NCBI GenBank assembly: GCA_045593905.1 | Contig: JAZNXL010000055.1 | Span: 2-64,001 of the forward strand | Reading direction: 5' to 3' | Length of the DNA stretch: 64,000 bases | From: Eubacteriales bacterium | GTDB taxonomy: Bacteria; Bacillota; Clostridia; Oscillospirales; QAKW01 | Shown here: piece by piece, positions 1-10,241 of the stretch | Layout: each line of letters begins with the position of its first letter | How positions within the stretch are numbered: position 1 is the stretch's first letter | Program-made: the position numbers and the translations under genes | Notes under the pieces: model-generated | Told to the model about the DNA's origin: nothing | Database searches by the model: none | Seen by the model: the letters and a program-made list of their open reading frames with translations, nothing else

Positions 1-960
1 TATACCGCCTGTTACAAGAGCTGCGCTTGTCAGCATTTGTATAGCCGCAAGTGTAAAGTATTTAACAACTGATTTTGATACGCTTTTATCACTGTGAAAT
101 ACAAACTTGTAGTTTATAAGGCAGTTGTATGTTGCTGATATAATTCTTGCAACAACTGTTGCTATTGTTGCATAAAAAACAGGAAAACCGGGTTTTAATA
201 CTACCGAGAACATTGCAAAAAGCGTAATGTCAACAACGCACGAAGAAAGGGATGAGAGCAAATACTTTACAAACATACCAAAGAATATTTTGTAAATTCG
301 TATTGAGTCTAAAATGGGGTTAAAGTGTGTTTTATGGTTTTCTTTTGAATCATAAACGGTTTCAATTTCAACCTCGACAATTTCGTGCTTGTTTTTGGTT
401 TCAATAAGCATATATGTTTCAAACTCAAACCGCTCACCCTTAACATCTAATAACTCACGCATAAACTGTGTAGGTATTCCTCTAAGTCCTGTTTGAGTGT
501 CAGATACTTTAACACCGCAAAAAGTCGAGCAAATCTTTTTGGTAAGCTCGTTACCAAACCTGCTTTTAGGCGGAACATTTTCACCTGAAAAATCTCGGCA
601 ACCAAGCACTAAGGCATTAGGTTTTTCTACAAGCGCATCCATACACTTTTTAATGTCTTTAGGCAGGTGCTGACCGTCAGAATCGGCAGTGATACAGCCT
701 ATTGCATCAGGCATATTTTTTAATATGTAGTCAAAAGCAGTTTTTAAAGCTCTGCCTTTGCCCTTGTTTACCTCATGTGTTAACAGGGTTACACCAAGCT
801 CGTTTTTAACTGTTTCAAAATATGTATCATATTCCTTTTCACTACCGTCATTTATAACAATTATGTTACTGTAGCCTGCATCAATAATGCCTTTACAAGC
901 GGAATATAAACACTCATCAGGCTGGTAAGACGGAATAACTATCGGTATGTTTTTGTTCAT
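1..960 (-). CDS. Glycosyltransferase family 2 fused to a GtrA-like membrane domain (runs off the left edge)
   Basis: Own translation from ATG at 960: MNKNIPIVIPSYQPDE...IVIINDGS...NKGKGRALKTAF...ITADSDGQH...DTQTGLRG, followed by hydrophobic GtrA-like helices. Confidence 0.85.
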   Translation of the reverse strand, partial: MNKNIPIVIPSYQPDECLYSACKGIIDAGYSNIIVINDGSEKEYDTYFETVKNELGVTLLTHEVNKGKGRALKTAFDYILKNMPDAIGCITADSDGQHLPKDIKKCMDALVEKPNALVLGCRDFSGENVPPKSRFGNELTKKICSTFCGVKVSDTQTGLRGIPTQFMRELLDVKGERFEFETYMLIETKNKHEIVEVEIETVYDSKENHKTHFNPILDSIRIYKIFFGMFVKYLLSSLSSCVVDITLFAMFSVVLKPGFPVFYATIATVVARIISATYNCLINYKFVFHSDKSVSKSVVKYFTLAAIQMLTSAALVTGGI

Positions 961-1045
961 TTGACTACCTTTTAATAATTATTAAATAATAATTTTTAAT
1001 AATTATATCACTGCTTTTTTAAAGCGTCAATACGCTCTGTAAAAC

Positions 1046-1078
1046 AAAAGCCCGTAGGGTTTAACCTACAGGCTTTTT
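1046..1078 (-). terminator. Intrinsic terminator after the PPIase gene
   Basis: aaaagcccgtagg...cctacaggcttttt hairpin with A/T tails. Confidence 0.7.
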
Positions 1079-1080
1079 AA

Positions 1081-2640
1081 TTATGCTTTGATTTTGTTCA
1101 TTTCTTTATCGCTTGATTTAAGCTTGTATTCTTTACCAAGGTCTTCGATGTGGTGTTCCCAATCGTGAGCTTTTTTATCAGATGTTGCTTGAATCTTCCA
1201 AGCAATATCACCTTTGCCTTCAAAGTACATTACGTGGTAACCGCTATCGGTTTTTATAACACCAACGTCGCCTTGATTTCTTGTGGCATCAAATGACCAG
1301 TTAACAAATTCTTCGGGGTATGAAGATGTGTTTTTGGTAACGCCTTCGTAAAGACCACCGTTTGTTGAAGCGTTAGCGTCTTCGCTGTTTTCTTTAGCAA
1401 GTGCTTCGAAAGCTTCGCTTGTTTTTTCGCCTTCGTTAAACTTTTTAACAAGCTCGTCGGCCTTTGCTTTTGCTTCGTCCCAAGCGGTTTGGTCAGCCTC
1501 TGTGCTGACTGAAAGTAAAATGTGTCTTACGTTTACTGTTTCGTAATCGTCGCGGTACTCGGGTTTAACCATCATATAAACGGTGTAGGCTGTTTTGTCT
1601 TCAGCAGGTTCAACAACGAGTGTCTCATTAACTTTTGTTGCGTTGTTAAATAACCATTTTTCAAGTTCGGTTTGTTCTTTTTCTTCTTTGGTGGGGAAGT
1701 AAGCAGTTGCATTTGCTGCATCAAGACCAGCCTCTACATCTGTTTTTGTTTTATCTTCAGACTCTGCTTCGGCAGCATTTTTCTCGGTATAGTAGTCGGT
1801 TAAAAATGTCTCCAAAACCGACTTGAATTGTTCGGATGTTTTGGTTGCTGCAAGTTTATCAGCAATATCCTTTGATTCTTGCTTTGCAGCGTCTTTATCG
1901 CTGTTTGAAGACTCAAATGAATACTTTAAGTAATCAGCCTTAACATAGCTTGATTTGTTTTCTTCAAAATATTTATTAAGGTCGTCGTCAGTATACTCGA
2001 GCTTTTTATTAAAATCTTCGCTGTAGTTAGATGCAAGTAACGAAAGCTCCATAGCGCGTCTTACATCGTCTTCGTTAATACCTGCTGCAAAAGCTGCTGA
2101 AAGGTATTTTTTAAGTGTCATTTTGTTTTGTTTTGCATAAGTTTGCATTGTTTCAATTGACTCGTCAATAGACTTTTTGTCGTCTTTTGAAAGCTCCATG
2201 CCTTCAGCTTTTGCTTTTTCTGCGCAAAGTAAAACGTCGTTTACTGAATTTTTAGCTTGTGATAAAAAGTAGTCAAACCAGGTTCCGTCGCCATAGCTTT
2301 GTGACCTTAAGCTTTTCGATGTATCAAGACCATACATTGTTAAATAATCAGCATACTGGTTTGTAAAAGAATAGTATTCATTCTTTAAGTAATATGTCAT
2401 CATAGCGTTGTCAACTTCAAAGTTTTTAGACGACATAGCAACAGTGTTTCTTAAAAAGTAGCCTGTACTTGCAATTGTGTTGTAGGTTATAAGTGCAACA
2501 ACAGCAACAGCTGCAACACCTGCAACTGAATAGCCTACAATTTTAGTGATTTTTTGACGTAATGCGAGCTTTTTAGCTCTAATTTTCATTTCTTGTCTTT
2601 TGCCTGCGCGGGCTTCGCGCACACGTTTACCTTTTCCCAT
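1081..2640 (-). CDS. Membrane-anchored parvulin/PpiC-type peptidyl-prolyl isomerase (PrsA/SurA-like foldase)
   Basis: N-terminal basic stretch plus TM helix; VNVRHILL, FEALAKENSED, NGGLY and IKTDSGYHVM parvulin motifs. Confidence 0.85.
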   Translation of the reverse strand: MGKGKRVREARAGKRQEMKIRAKKLALRQKITKIVGYSVAGVAAVAVVALITYNTIASTGYFLRNTVAMSSKNFEVDNAMMTYYLKNEYYSFTNQYADYLTMYGLDTSKSLRSQSYGDGTWFDYFLSQAKNSVNDVLLCAEKAKAEGMELSKDDKKSIDESIETMQTYAKQNKMTLKKYLSAAFAAGINEDDVRRAMELSLLASNYSEDFNKKLEYTDDDLNKYFEENKSSYVKADYLKYSFESSNSDKDAAKQESKDIADKLAATKTSEQFKSVLETFLTDYYTEKNAAEAESEDKTKTDVEAGLDAANATAYFPTKEEKEQTELEKWLFNNATKVNETLVVEPAEDKTAYTVYMMVKPEYRDDYETVNVRHILLSVSTEADQTAWDEAKAKADELVKKFNEGEKTSEAFEALAKENSEDANASTNGGLYEGVTKNTSSYPEEFVNWSFDATRNQGDVGVIKTDSGYHVMYFEGKGDIAWKIQATSDKKAHDWEHHIEDLGKEYKLKSSDKEMNKIKA

Positions 2641-2716
2641 GATAAACCTCCGTAATCAAATAACTTTTTTAATAATACCACATAAATAAAATTCGGTCAA
2701 TATCTTCAAATGTAAA

Positions 2717-3412
2717 TTATTTATCAACATTTAAAATGTAGTTACACAAAATTTCAGCGGCATTTTTTGCAGCTATTCTTGAAAAAGTAGGGTAGTCAAC
2801 GCAAGCTTTTCCGTCAGCACTGTCTGATATTGCACGTATAATGCAAAACGGAATATTATTTACATAGCACACATGACCTATTGCGCCTGCTTCCATATCA
2901 CAAGCAACCGCGTTAAAGGTTGACTCGATAAAATCTTTGTCGTCTTTACTTGCAACAAACTTATCGCCCGATGCAATAACTCCTGTTAAAACTTTTAAAC
3001 TGCTCTGCGTTGCAATGTTTTTAATACTGTTTAAAGTATCATTGTCGCAGTTGAAGTTAATAATGTTAATTCCGGAAATAAGACCTTTTGGGTCACCAAG
3101 AGGGGAAGTGTCCATATCGTGTTGAACAACGCTTGTTGCAATGGTAATATCGCCGCAACCAAGCTCTTTATGTATTGCACCTGCGACACCGCTATTAATT
3201 ACAACGTCGGGTGAAAACTTAAGCGCCATAATTTCAGCGCACATTGCGGCAAAAACCTTGCCAACACCACAAACTGCAATAATAACCTCGTTATTACCAA
3301 GCTTTCCATGTGTAAAGGTGATTGCGCTTACAGTTGTTTTGACAGTGTTTGTGAGCCTTGATTCAATAAGCTCTGCTTCATATTGCAAAGCACATATAAT
3401 TCCTATCTTCAT
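2717..3412 (-). CDS. mtnN: 5'-methylthioadenosine/S-adenosylhomocysteine nucleosidase
   Basis: MKIGIICA, GVGKV, INSGVAG, SGDKF, DMEAGAI, IRAISD motifs; adjacent to luxS. Confidence 0.95.
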   Translation of the reverse strand: MKIGIICALQYEAELIESRLTNTVKTTVSAITFTHGKLGNNEVIIAVCGVGKVFAAMCAEIMALKFSPDVVINSGVAGAIHKELGCGDITIATSVVQHDMDTSPLGDPKGLISGINIINFNCDNDTLNSIKNIATQSSLKVLTGVIASGDKFVASKDDKDFIESTFNAVACDMEAGAIGHVCYVNNIPFCIIRAISDSADGKACVDYPTFSRIAAKNAAEILCNYILNVDK

Positions 3413-3415
3413 TTT

Positions 3416-3874
3416 TTATTCTCCGTAGCTATAGCTTGTATTTTCAAAGTTATTTAGTATGTTTAAGTACTGCTTACACTCGGTTTTTGCCTTTGAAAGC
3501 TCAAGGGTTTTGTAATTTCCGCACTCAATGGCCGATGCACCAAAAACTTCGCCGTCGTGGTCAATAATTTGTTCTAAAATTTGTTTGGTAATTTCAAAAA
3601 CCTTATCGTTATCAGCGTTTCTTACAAGTAGATAAAACCCTGTTTGACAGCCCATTGGTCCAAAATAAATAACGTCATCTTTGATTTCGCTGTTTCGTAC
3701 AAATGTAGCAAACATATGCTCGACAGTGTGCATTGTAACATTGTCCATTAAATCGTTAGTATTAGGTTGTTTAGTTCTTAAATCATATGTGGTAATATCG
3801 CCGTCAATACGCGAAATATAAAACCCCGGTTTTAGCGTGGTATGGTCAATTTCAAAGCTTGTTATTCTTTGCAT
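3416..3874 (-). CDS. luxS: S-ribosylhomocysteine lyase (AI-2 synthase)
   Basis: SFEIDH, HTVEH, GPMGCQTGFY, ECGNY motifs. Confidence 0.97.
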   Translation of the reverse strand: MQRITSFEIDHTTLKPGFYISRIDGDITTYDLRTKQPNTNDLMDNVTMHTVEHMFATFVRNSEIKDDVIYFGPMGCQTGFYLLVRNADNDKVFEITKQILEQIIDHDGEVFGASAIECGNYKTLELSKAKTECKQYLNILNNFENTSYSYGE

Positions 3875-3996
3875 AAAGTGACTCCTTGTTTGTTATTTCT
3901 AATAAATTATACAATAAATAAAATATATTTCAATATCTATTGATATATTTTAAAAAGATTGATATAATTACCATTAGTTTTTTTGTGGAGGATGTC

Positions 3997-4899
3997 ATGA
4001 GTAAAAAATTTAAAGCGAATCTATTAATGATGCTAACAGCAATGATTTGGGGCTTTTCGTTTATATCACAGCTTCTTGGCTTTGATTATATGGGCCCGTT
4101 TACGTTTAATGCTGTTCGTTTTGTTATGGGCGCACTATCATTAATTCCTGTTATATTAATTTTTGAAAAAATTGATGACAAGCCGTTAAAACATACAATC
4201 GTTTCGGGCATTATAGCAGGTACAATATTGTTTACTGCATCTTCACTTCAGCAATACGGAATAATGATTACACAAAGTGCGGGTAAATCAGCATTTATTA
4301 CAGGCCTTTATACTGTTTTAGTTCCGTTTATAGCTGTATTCTTCGGTAAAAAAACAAAAATCAATACCTGGATTGGCGCAGTTATCGTTATTGTAGGACT
4401 TTATCTTTTAAGCTTTTCAAACGGTATTTCGTCAATTGGCATTGGTGATATTGTTCTACTTATTGGTGCTGTGTTCTGGGCATTACATATTATTTTCATT
4501 GACTTAAACGGCAACAAAATTTATTCACTCCGCTTTGCAATGATACAGTTTTTAACAAGCAGCTTATTAAGCTTTATTGTTGCGTTTTTAATCGAAGACG
4601 TATCGTGGCAGGGAATACTCGATGGCCGTTACACAGTTCTTTACTCCGGTCTTATGTCGGTAGGTGTTGCATATACCTGTCAAATCATCGGTCAAAAACA
4701 TGCAGACCCTGCAACCTCGGCTATTATTTTGTCATTTGAATCATTCTTTGGCGCTATAGGCGAAGCCATCTTCTTCACCTTTATAATGACAAGCCGTGAC
4801 TATGTTCCGCTAACAGTTAAAAACTATATCGGTTGCGCTATTATGTTTGTTGGCATAATTGTTTCGCAATTAAATATTAAATTAAAAAATAAATCATAA
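3997..4899 (+). CDS. DMT/EamA family transporter
   Basis: About 10 TM helices, IWGFSF...GPFTFNAVRF; start moved to ATG 3997 behind a GGAGG RBS. Confidence 0.9.
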   Translation: MSKKFKANLLMMLTAMIWGFSFISQLLGFDYMGPFTFNAVRFVMGALSLIPVILIFEKIDDKPLKHTIVSGIIAGTILFTASSLQQYGIMITQSAGKSAFITGLYTVLVPFIAVFFGKKTKINTWIGAVIVIVGLYLLSFSNGISSIGIGDIVLLIGAVFWALHIIFIDLNGNKIYSLRFAMIQFLTSSLLSFIVAFLIEDVSWQGILDGRYTVLYSGLMSVGVAYTCQIIGQKHADPATSAIILSFESFFGAIGEAIFFTFIMTSRDYVPLTVKNYIGCAIMFVGIIVSQLNIKLKNKS

Positions 4900-4906
4900 A
4901 AAGCTA

Positions 4907-4943
4907 TTGACTTTACTGTGTTATCGTGGTAAAGTATTAAAGT
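4907..4943 (+). promoter_or_regulatory. his operon sigma-A promoter overlapped by a palindromic operator (HisR/TrpR-family-like)
   Basis: TTGACT-17-TAAAGT with extended TG; palindrome ACTTTAC-N12-GTAAAGT at 4910-4935, and a second TAAAGT 8 bp further on. Confidence 0.65.
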
Positions 4944-4967
4944 AAAATTACAATTATAGGAGAAATT

Positions 4968-6077
4968 ATGCTTATTAACGATACAGTTTTAAAATCGGAT
5001 GAGAGCGCTGCTTTTGCGCTTCGTTCTTTATATAAAAGCTATGGCTACAGCCATTATAAAATGAGCAAGTTTGAAGAATATGCGCTTTATATCAAAAACA
5101 AAGACTTTTTGGTATCAGACGGTATTATAACTTTTACCGACACAAGCGGTAAGCTTTTAGCGCTCAAGCCTGACGTTACTTTGTCTATTATTAACAACTC
5201 AAAAGATATTGCAGGTCAGGTGCAAAAACTCTATTATGACGAAAACGTATATAGAATTTCTCCTGATTCAAATACCTATAAAGAAATTAAGCAGACAGGT
5301 CTTGAGTGTATTGGCGACGTTGGTATTTACGAGGTTTGCGAGGTAGTAATGGTTGCTATCCGTTCATTAAAGACCATTACCGATAACTTTATGCTTGAAA
5401 TATCGCACGCAGGTATTGTTGAAAGCGTTTTTGAAGAACTCGGTATTTTTGGCGATAACAAAAAAACACTTTTAAACTGCATCTGGAGTAAAAACTCGGG
5501 TGAGCTTTTAGATAAGTGCGATGAGTTTGGATATGACGAAGGCGTAAAAAAATCGCTTGTTTCATTTGTGCAAAACTATACAAGCTTTGAAACTGCAATT
5601 TCATCACTTGAGCAAATTTGTATAGGTGAAAAATCAAAAGCACAGTTAGTTGAGTTTAAAAGCATACTTGATGTAATTTGCAAAAACTCACTCGATAATA
5701 ATGTTTGTATTGATTTTTCTCTTTCTAACAATATGAACTACTACAGCGGTGTTGCTTTTAAAGGTTATATCGAGGGAATACCTACAAGCGTAATCTCAGG
5801 CGGAAGATATGACAAGTTAATGCAAAATATGGGCAAAAATTCAGGTGCTGTCGGTTTTGCGGTATATCTTGATGCGCTTGAAAGATACAACTTTAGCGAA
5901 AAAGAGTACGATGTTGATACCATTATTATTCACAATAACAACATCACAAAAGCCCTTGATAAAGCAAATGAGCTTATAAACAGCGGTCTTACTGTACGGG
6001 TGTGTGAAAAAGCACCTGCTGACATTAAGTATAAAAATGTAATCACTTTGCAAGGGGGAGGAAAAGTAAAATGTTAG
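4968..6077 (+). CDS. hisZ: ATP phosphoribosyltransferase regulatory subunit
   Basis: LALKPDVTLSI, EIKQTGLE, YYSGVAF, GGRYD; directly upstream of a short-form hisG. Confidence 0.93.
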   Translation: MLINDTVLKSDESAAFALRSLYKSYGYSHYKMSKFEEYALYIKNKDFLVSDGIITFTDTSGKLLALKPDVTLSIINNSKDIAGQVQKLYYDENVYRISPDSNTYKEIKQTGLECIGDVGIYEVCEVVMVAIRSLKTITDNFMLEISHAGIVESVFEELGIFGDNKKTLLNCIWSKNSGELLDKCDEFGYDEGVKKSLVSFVQNYTSFETAISSLEQICIGEKSKAQLVEFKSILDVICKNSLDNNVCIDFSLSNNMNYYSGVAFKGYIEGIPTSVISGGRYDKLMQNMGKNSGAVGFAVYLDALERYNFSEKEYDVDTIIIHNNNITKALDKANELINSGLTVRVCEKAPADIKYKNVITLQGGGKVKC

Positions 6078-6697
6078 ATATAGCACTCCCTAAAGGAAGA
6101 CTCGGTCAAAAAGTTCTTTCAATGTTTGAAAAGGCAGGCTTTGAGTGCCCGTCTATTCATGAAGAAAACCGAAAACTCATTTTTGAAAACACAGAGCTTG
6201 GTATCCGCTTTTTTTGGGTAAAACCGTCTGACGTTGCAATATACGTTGAACGTGGCGCCGCTGACATCGGCGTTGCAGGTAAAGATATTCTTTTAGAGTA
6301 CAACCCAGATGTTTACGAACTGTTAGACCTTAATATTGGCAAGTGTAAAATGGCGGTTGCCGCAAAAAAAGGCTTTACCGATAATACCGATATGACACTT
6401 CGCGTTGCTACCAAGTTTTCAAACATTGCGCGCAGTCACTATGCAAAAAAGAGCAGAGATATTGATATTATCCACTTAAACGGCTCAATCGAACTTGCGC
6501 CAATACTTGACCTTGCTGATGTAATCGTTGATATTGTAGAAACAGGTAAAACACTTTTAGAAAACGACCTTTGTCCATTTGAAACAATAGTACCCATCAG
6601 CGCAAGGCTTATTTCAAATAAAGCAAGCTATCGATTTAAAAACGAACAAATCGAACTTATAAAATCACGCCTGTCACAACAGGTAAGGAGTAAATAA
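6071..6697 (+). CDS. hisG: ATP phosphoribosyltransferase (short form)
   Basis: IALPKGRL, VATKF, GSIELAP, DIVETGKTL. Confidence 0.97.
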   Translation: MLDIALPKGRLGQKVLSMFEKAGFECPSIHEENRKLIFENTELGIRFFWVKPSDVAIYVERGAADIGVAGKDILLEYNPDVYELLDLNIGKCKMAVAAKKGFTDNTDMTLRVATKFSNIARSHYAKKSRDIDIIHLNGSIELAPILDLADVIVDIVETGKTLLENDLCPFETIVPISARLISNKASYRFKNEQIELIKSRLSQQVRSK

Positions 6698-7980
6698 TGA
6701 TTAAAATTTTACAATACGGACAAGTTGAAACATCGCAAATATTTAGTCGCGGCACTGCCGCTACCGATGTTTCGGGAGTTGTTAGCGAAATTATAAATAA
6801 TGTCCGCAAAAACGGCGATAAAGCGCTCTTTGAGTATTGTGAGCGTTTTGACGGCGCTAAACTTTCGTCACTTTTAGTAACTGAAGCCGAGATTGACGAG
6901 GCTTTTGCACAGGTTGAACCAAGATTTATTGAAATTTTAGAAAAAGCCGCAAAAAACATTCGCGCTTTTCACCAAAAACAAGTTAAAAACAGTTTTATTA
7001 TTAACGATACCGACGGTGTTGTAATTGGTCAAAAGGTTATTCCCGTTGAAAAAGCAGGTCTTTATGTACCGGGTGGCACCGCCGCTTATCCCTCAACCGT
7101 TTTAATGGACTCTATTCCTGCAAAAATTGCGGGCTGTAAAGAAGTGGTAATAACAACACCGCCCAACAAAGAGGGGAAAGTAAACCCTGTTATTCTTGCC
7201 GCTGCAAAAATCGCAGGCGTTACAAAAATATTTAAGGTTGGTGGCGCACAGGCAATTGCCGCGCTTTCATACGGCACCGAGTCAATTCCTAAGGTTGACA
7301 AGATTGTTGGCCCCGGTAACGCGTTTGTTGCCGAAGCAAAAAAACAAGTCTACGGTCAGGTTTCAATTGATATGATTGCAGGCCCCAGCGAAATTTTAAT
7401 TGTGTCGGATAGCAACAGTAACCCCCGTTTTGTTGCGGCTGACCTTTTATCACAGGCTGAACACGACAAAATGGCAAGCGCAGTACTTGTTACCGATAGC
7501 TATTCGTTCGCAAACAAGGTTAGTGCCCAACTCGAAATTCAAATTCCGCTTTTACCGCGCGCCGATATTGCAAGAACATCAATAGATAATAACGGCAAAA
7601 TCATAGTCGTTGACAATATTTTAAAAGCCATTGATATTTCAAATGAGATTGCACCCGAGCATTTAGAGCTTTGTGTTGATAATCCGTTTGACTACCTTGA
7701 TAAAATCAAGCACGCAGGCTCAATCTTTATGGGTAGATACTGCCCTGAGTCACTTGGTGACTATTTTGCAGGCCCTAACCACACATTGCCTACAAGCGGT
7801 ACCGCAAGGTTTTCAAGCCCGCTTTCAGTAGACGATTTTGTTAAGAAAACACAGTATACATACTACACCAAAGACGCACTTAAATCAGTTGCCGATGATG
7901 TTGCGTTTTTTGCAAACAAAGAGGGACTTGATGCCCACGCAAAAGCGGCAACAATACGTTTTGAGGAAGAAAATGAGTAA
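6697..7980 (+). CDS. hisD: Histidinol dehydrogenase
   Basis: GLYVPGG, GGAQAIAAL, GPGN, DMIAGPSE, QAEH, APEHLE, GPNHTLPT. Confidence 0.98.
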   Translation: MIKILQYGQVETSQIFSRGTAATDVSGVVSEIINNVRKNGDKALFEYCERFDGAKLSSLLVTEAEIDEAFAQVEPRFIEILEKAAKNIRAFHQKQVKNSFIINDTDGVVIGQKVIPVEKAGLYVPGGTAAYPSTVLMDSIPAKIAGCKEVVITTPPNKEGKVNPVILAAAKIAGVTKIFKVGGAQAIAALSYGTESIPKVDKIVGPGNAFVAEAKKQVYGQVSIDMIAGPSEILIVSDSNSNPRFVAADLLSQAEHDKMASAVLVTDSYSFANKVSAQLEIQIPLLPRADIARTSIDNNGKIIVVDNILKAIDISNEIAPEHLELCVDNPFDYLDKIKHAGSIFMGRYCPESLGDYFAGPNHTLPTSGTARFSSPLSVDDFVKKTQYTYYTKDALKSVADDVAFFANKEGLDAHAKAATIRFEEENE

Positions 7981-9040
7981 ATTTTTAAACCAAAAATACC
8001 AATCACTACAAGCTTATACCCCCGGTGAACAACCGCAGGATAAGCAGTATATAAAGCTTAACACAAACGAGTCACCGTATCCGCCCTCACAAGCTGTAAT
8101 TGACGCAATAACAAGCGACGAGGTGAAAAAGCTACGCCTTTACTGTGACCCCGATTGTAAAAAGCTTAAAAAAAGTATTGCCGACCTTTATGGTGTTGAG
8201 CCGTCAAATGTGTTTTTATCAAACGGCTCTGACGATATACTCAACTTTTCTTTTATGGCTTTTGCATCAAAGGAATGTCCTGCAATATTTCCCGAAATAA
8301 GCTACGGCTTTTATAAGGTTTATGCAAAACTTCATGGTGTTGCTTTTGAGCAAATACCGCTTAATGCTGATTTTACGATTAATTATAACGATTATTGCAA
8401 CAAAAACGCTTTTGTTGTAATTGCAAACCCAAATGCGCCCACAGGTCTTGCTTTGACGCTCAACCAAATCGAAGATATTGTTAAATCAAACCCCAATAAC
8501 GTAGTTTTAATTGACGAGGCGTATGTTGATTTTGGCGCAGAGTCGTGCGTTGAGCTTACTAAAAAGTATAAAAACCTTTTGGTTGTTCAAACCTTTTCAA
8601 AATCACGCTCGCTTGCAGGTGCAAGACTTGGCTTTGCAATTGCCGACAGCGAGATAATTGCCGACCTTGAGCGTATTAAATATTCTACCAATCCATATAA
8701 CGTTAACCGTCTTACTCAAATTGCAGGCGAGGCGGCAATATCAGATAACGCTTACTATATGCAAAACTGCAAAGAGATTATTAAAACTCGCGATTTTACA
8801 GTAAGCGAGCTTAAAAAACTCGGCTTTGATGTAATAGACTCAAAAGCAAACTTTATTTTTGCCAAAACTCAAAAAATCGGCGGCGAACAGCTTTATTTAA
8901 AATTAAAAGAAAAGGGTATACTTGTTCGTCATTTTAATACCGAAAGTATAAAAGAGTTTAATCGCATAACAATCGGCACACCTGATGAGATGCGTTCGCT
9001 TATAAGCGCAGTAAAACAAATTATGGAGGAGCAGTTATGA
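7973..9040 (+). CDS. hisC: Histidinol-phosphate aminotransferase
   Basis: YTPGEQP, KLNTNE, NPNAPTG, DEAY, TFSKSRSLAGARLG; true start ATG 7973 overlaps the end of hisD. Confidence 0.96.
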   Translation: MSKFLNQKYQSLQAYTPGEQPQDKQYIKLNTNESPYPPSQAVIDAITSDEVKKLRLYCDPDCKKLKKSIADLYGVEPSNVFLSNGSDDILNFSFMAFASKECPAIFPEISYGFYKVYAKLHGVAFEQIPLNADFTINYNDYCNKNAFVVIANPNAPTGLALTLNQIEDIVKSNPNNVVLIDEAYVDFGAESCVELTKKYKNLLVVQTFSKSRSLAGARLGFAIADSEIIADLERIKYSTNPYNVNRLTQIAGEAAISDNAYYMQNCKEIIKTRDFTVSELKKLGFDVIDSKANFIFAKTQKIGGEQLYLKLKEKGILVRHFNTESIKEFNRITIGTPDEMRSLISAVKQIMEEQL

Positions 9041-9624
9041 GAACATCATCACTTACCCGTAAAACCAACGAAACAGATATTACTTTAACATTAAATATCG
9101 ACGGCACAGGAAAATCAAATATTGATACAGGCTGTGGTTTTTTAGACCATATGCTAACACTTTTTGCATCACACTCACGTTTTGATTTAGATATAACCTG
9201 CAAAGGCGATACCCACGTTGACTACCACCACACAGTCGAAGACGTTGCAATTGCTCTTGGCAGTGCACTTTCTGAGGCGCTTGGTGATAAACGCGGTATT
9301 GTTCGTTACGGTAGCTTTATTCTTCCAATGGACGACGCACTAATACTTACAGCAATTGATATTTCGGGTAGAAGCTATCTTGGTTACGGTCTTTCAATTC
9401 CCGCTTTTAAAGTAGGTGATTTTGATACCGAACTCACACAAGAGTTTTTTGCTGCAATTGTTCGTAATGCAAACATTACAATTCATATTAAGCAGTTTGA
9501 CGGTATTAACTCGCACCATATCATAGAGGGAACATTCAAATCGTTTGCTCGTTCACTTAAAGCCGCGGTTGCTATTGATAAAGACTATGCAAACGAAATA
9601 CCCTCAACCAAGGGAGTTTTATAA
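9037..9624 (+). CDS. hisB: Imidazoleglycerol-phosphate dehydratase
   Basis: RKTNET, FLDHML, DYHHTVED, NSHHIIE, PSTKGVL. Confidence 0.97.
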   Translation: MRTSSLTRKTNETDITLTLNIDGTGKSNIDTGCGFLDHMLTLFASHSRFDLDITCKGDTHVDYHHTVEDVAIALGSALSEALGDKRGIVRYGSFILPMDDALILTAIDISGRSYLGYGLSIPAFKVGDFDTELTQEFFAAIVRNANITIHIKQFDGINSHHIIEGTFKSFARSLKAAVAIDKDYANEIPSTKGVL

Positions 9625-10241
9625 TGATTGCAATAATTGACTACGGTGTAGGCAACCTGTTTTCGCTTATGTGCTCCTTTAAGGCAGTTGGTGCCGATGT
9701 TATAGTAACAGGCGACAAAGATGTAATTGAAAAGGCTGACAAGCTTGTTTTACCGGGCGTTGGCGCATTTGAAGACGCCGCCAAAAAGCTATTTGATTCA
9801 GGCCTTGCCGATGTTGTGATTGAACGCGCAAAAGCGGGTACACCGCTTCTTGGTATATGTCTTGGTATGCAAATGCTTTTTGAAAAGAGCTACGAGTATG
9901 GTGAGCATAACGGTCTTGGACTTATTAAAGGCTCTGTTGTTTCAATGCAGGGGAGGATACCCCAAAACCTTAATATTCCGCATATCGGCTGGAATGCACT
10001 CAAAAAAACAACTGACAGCCCAATACTTAAATACGTTAATAATGGCGACTGTGTTTATTTTGTTCACTCCTACTTTGCAACAGACTGTGACAATAGCGTT
10101 TCGTCAGTTGCCGATTACGGCATAGATATTACCGCTTCAGTAGAAAACGGCAACGTCTTCGGTTGTCAGTTCCACCCCGAAAAAAGCGGTAACGTCGGAC
10201 TTTCTATTTTACGAGCATTTTGTGAACTTGGAGAAAACTAA
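9624..10241 (+). CDS. hisH: Imidazole glycerol phosphate synthase, glutaminase subunit
   Basis: IIDYGVGN, LPGVG, GICLGMQ, YFVHSY, QFHPEKS. Confidence 0.97.
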   Translation: MIAIIDYGVGNLFSLMCSFKAVGADVIVTGDKDVIEKADKLVLPGVGAFEDAAKKLFDSGLADVVIERAKAGTPLLGICLGMQMLFEKSYEYGEHNGLGLIKGSVVSMQGRIPQNLNIPHIGWNALKKTTDSPILKYVNNGDCVYFVHSYFATDCDNSVSSVADYGIDITASVENGNVFGCQFHPEKSGNVGLSILRAFCELGEN

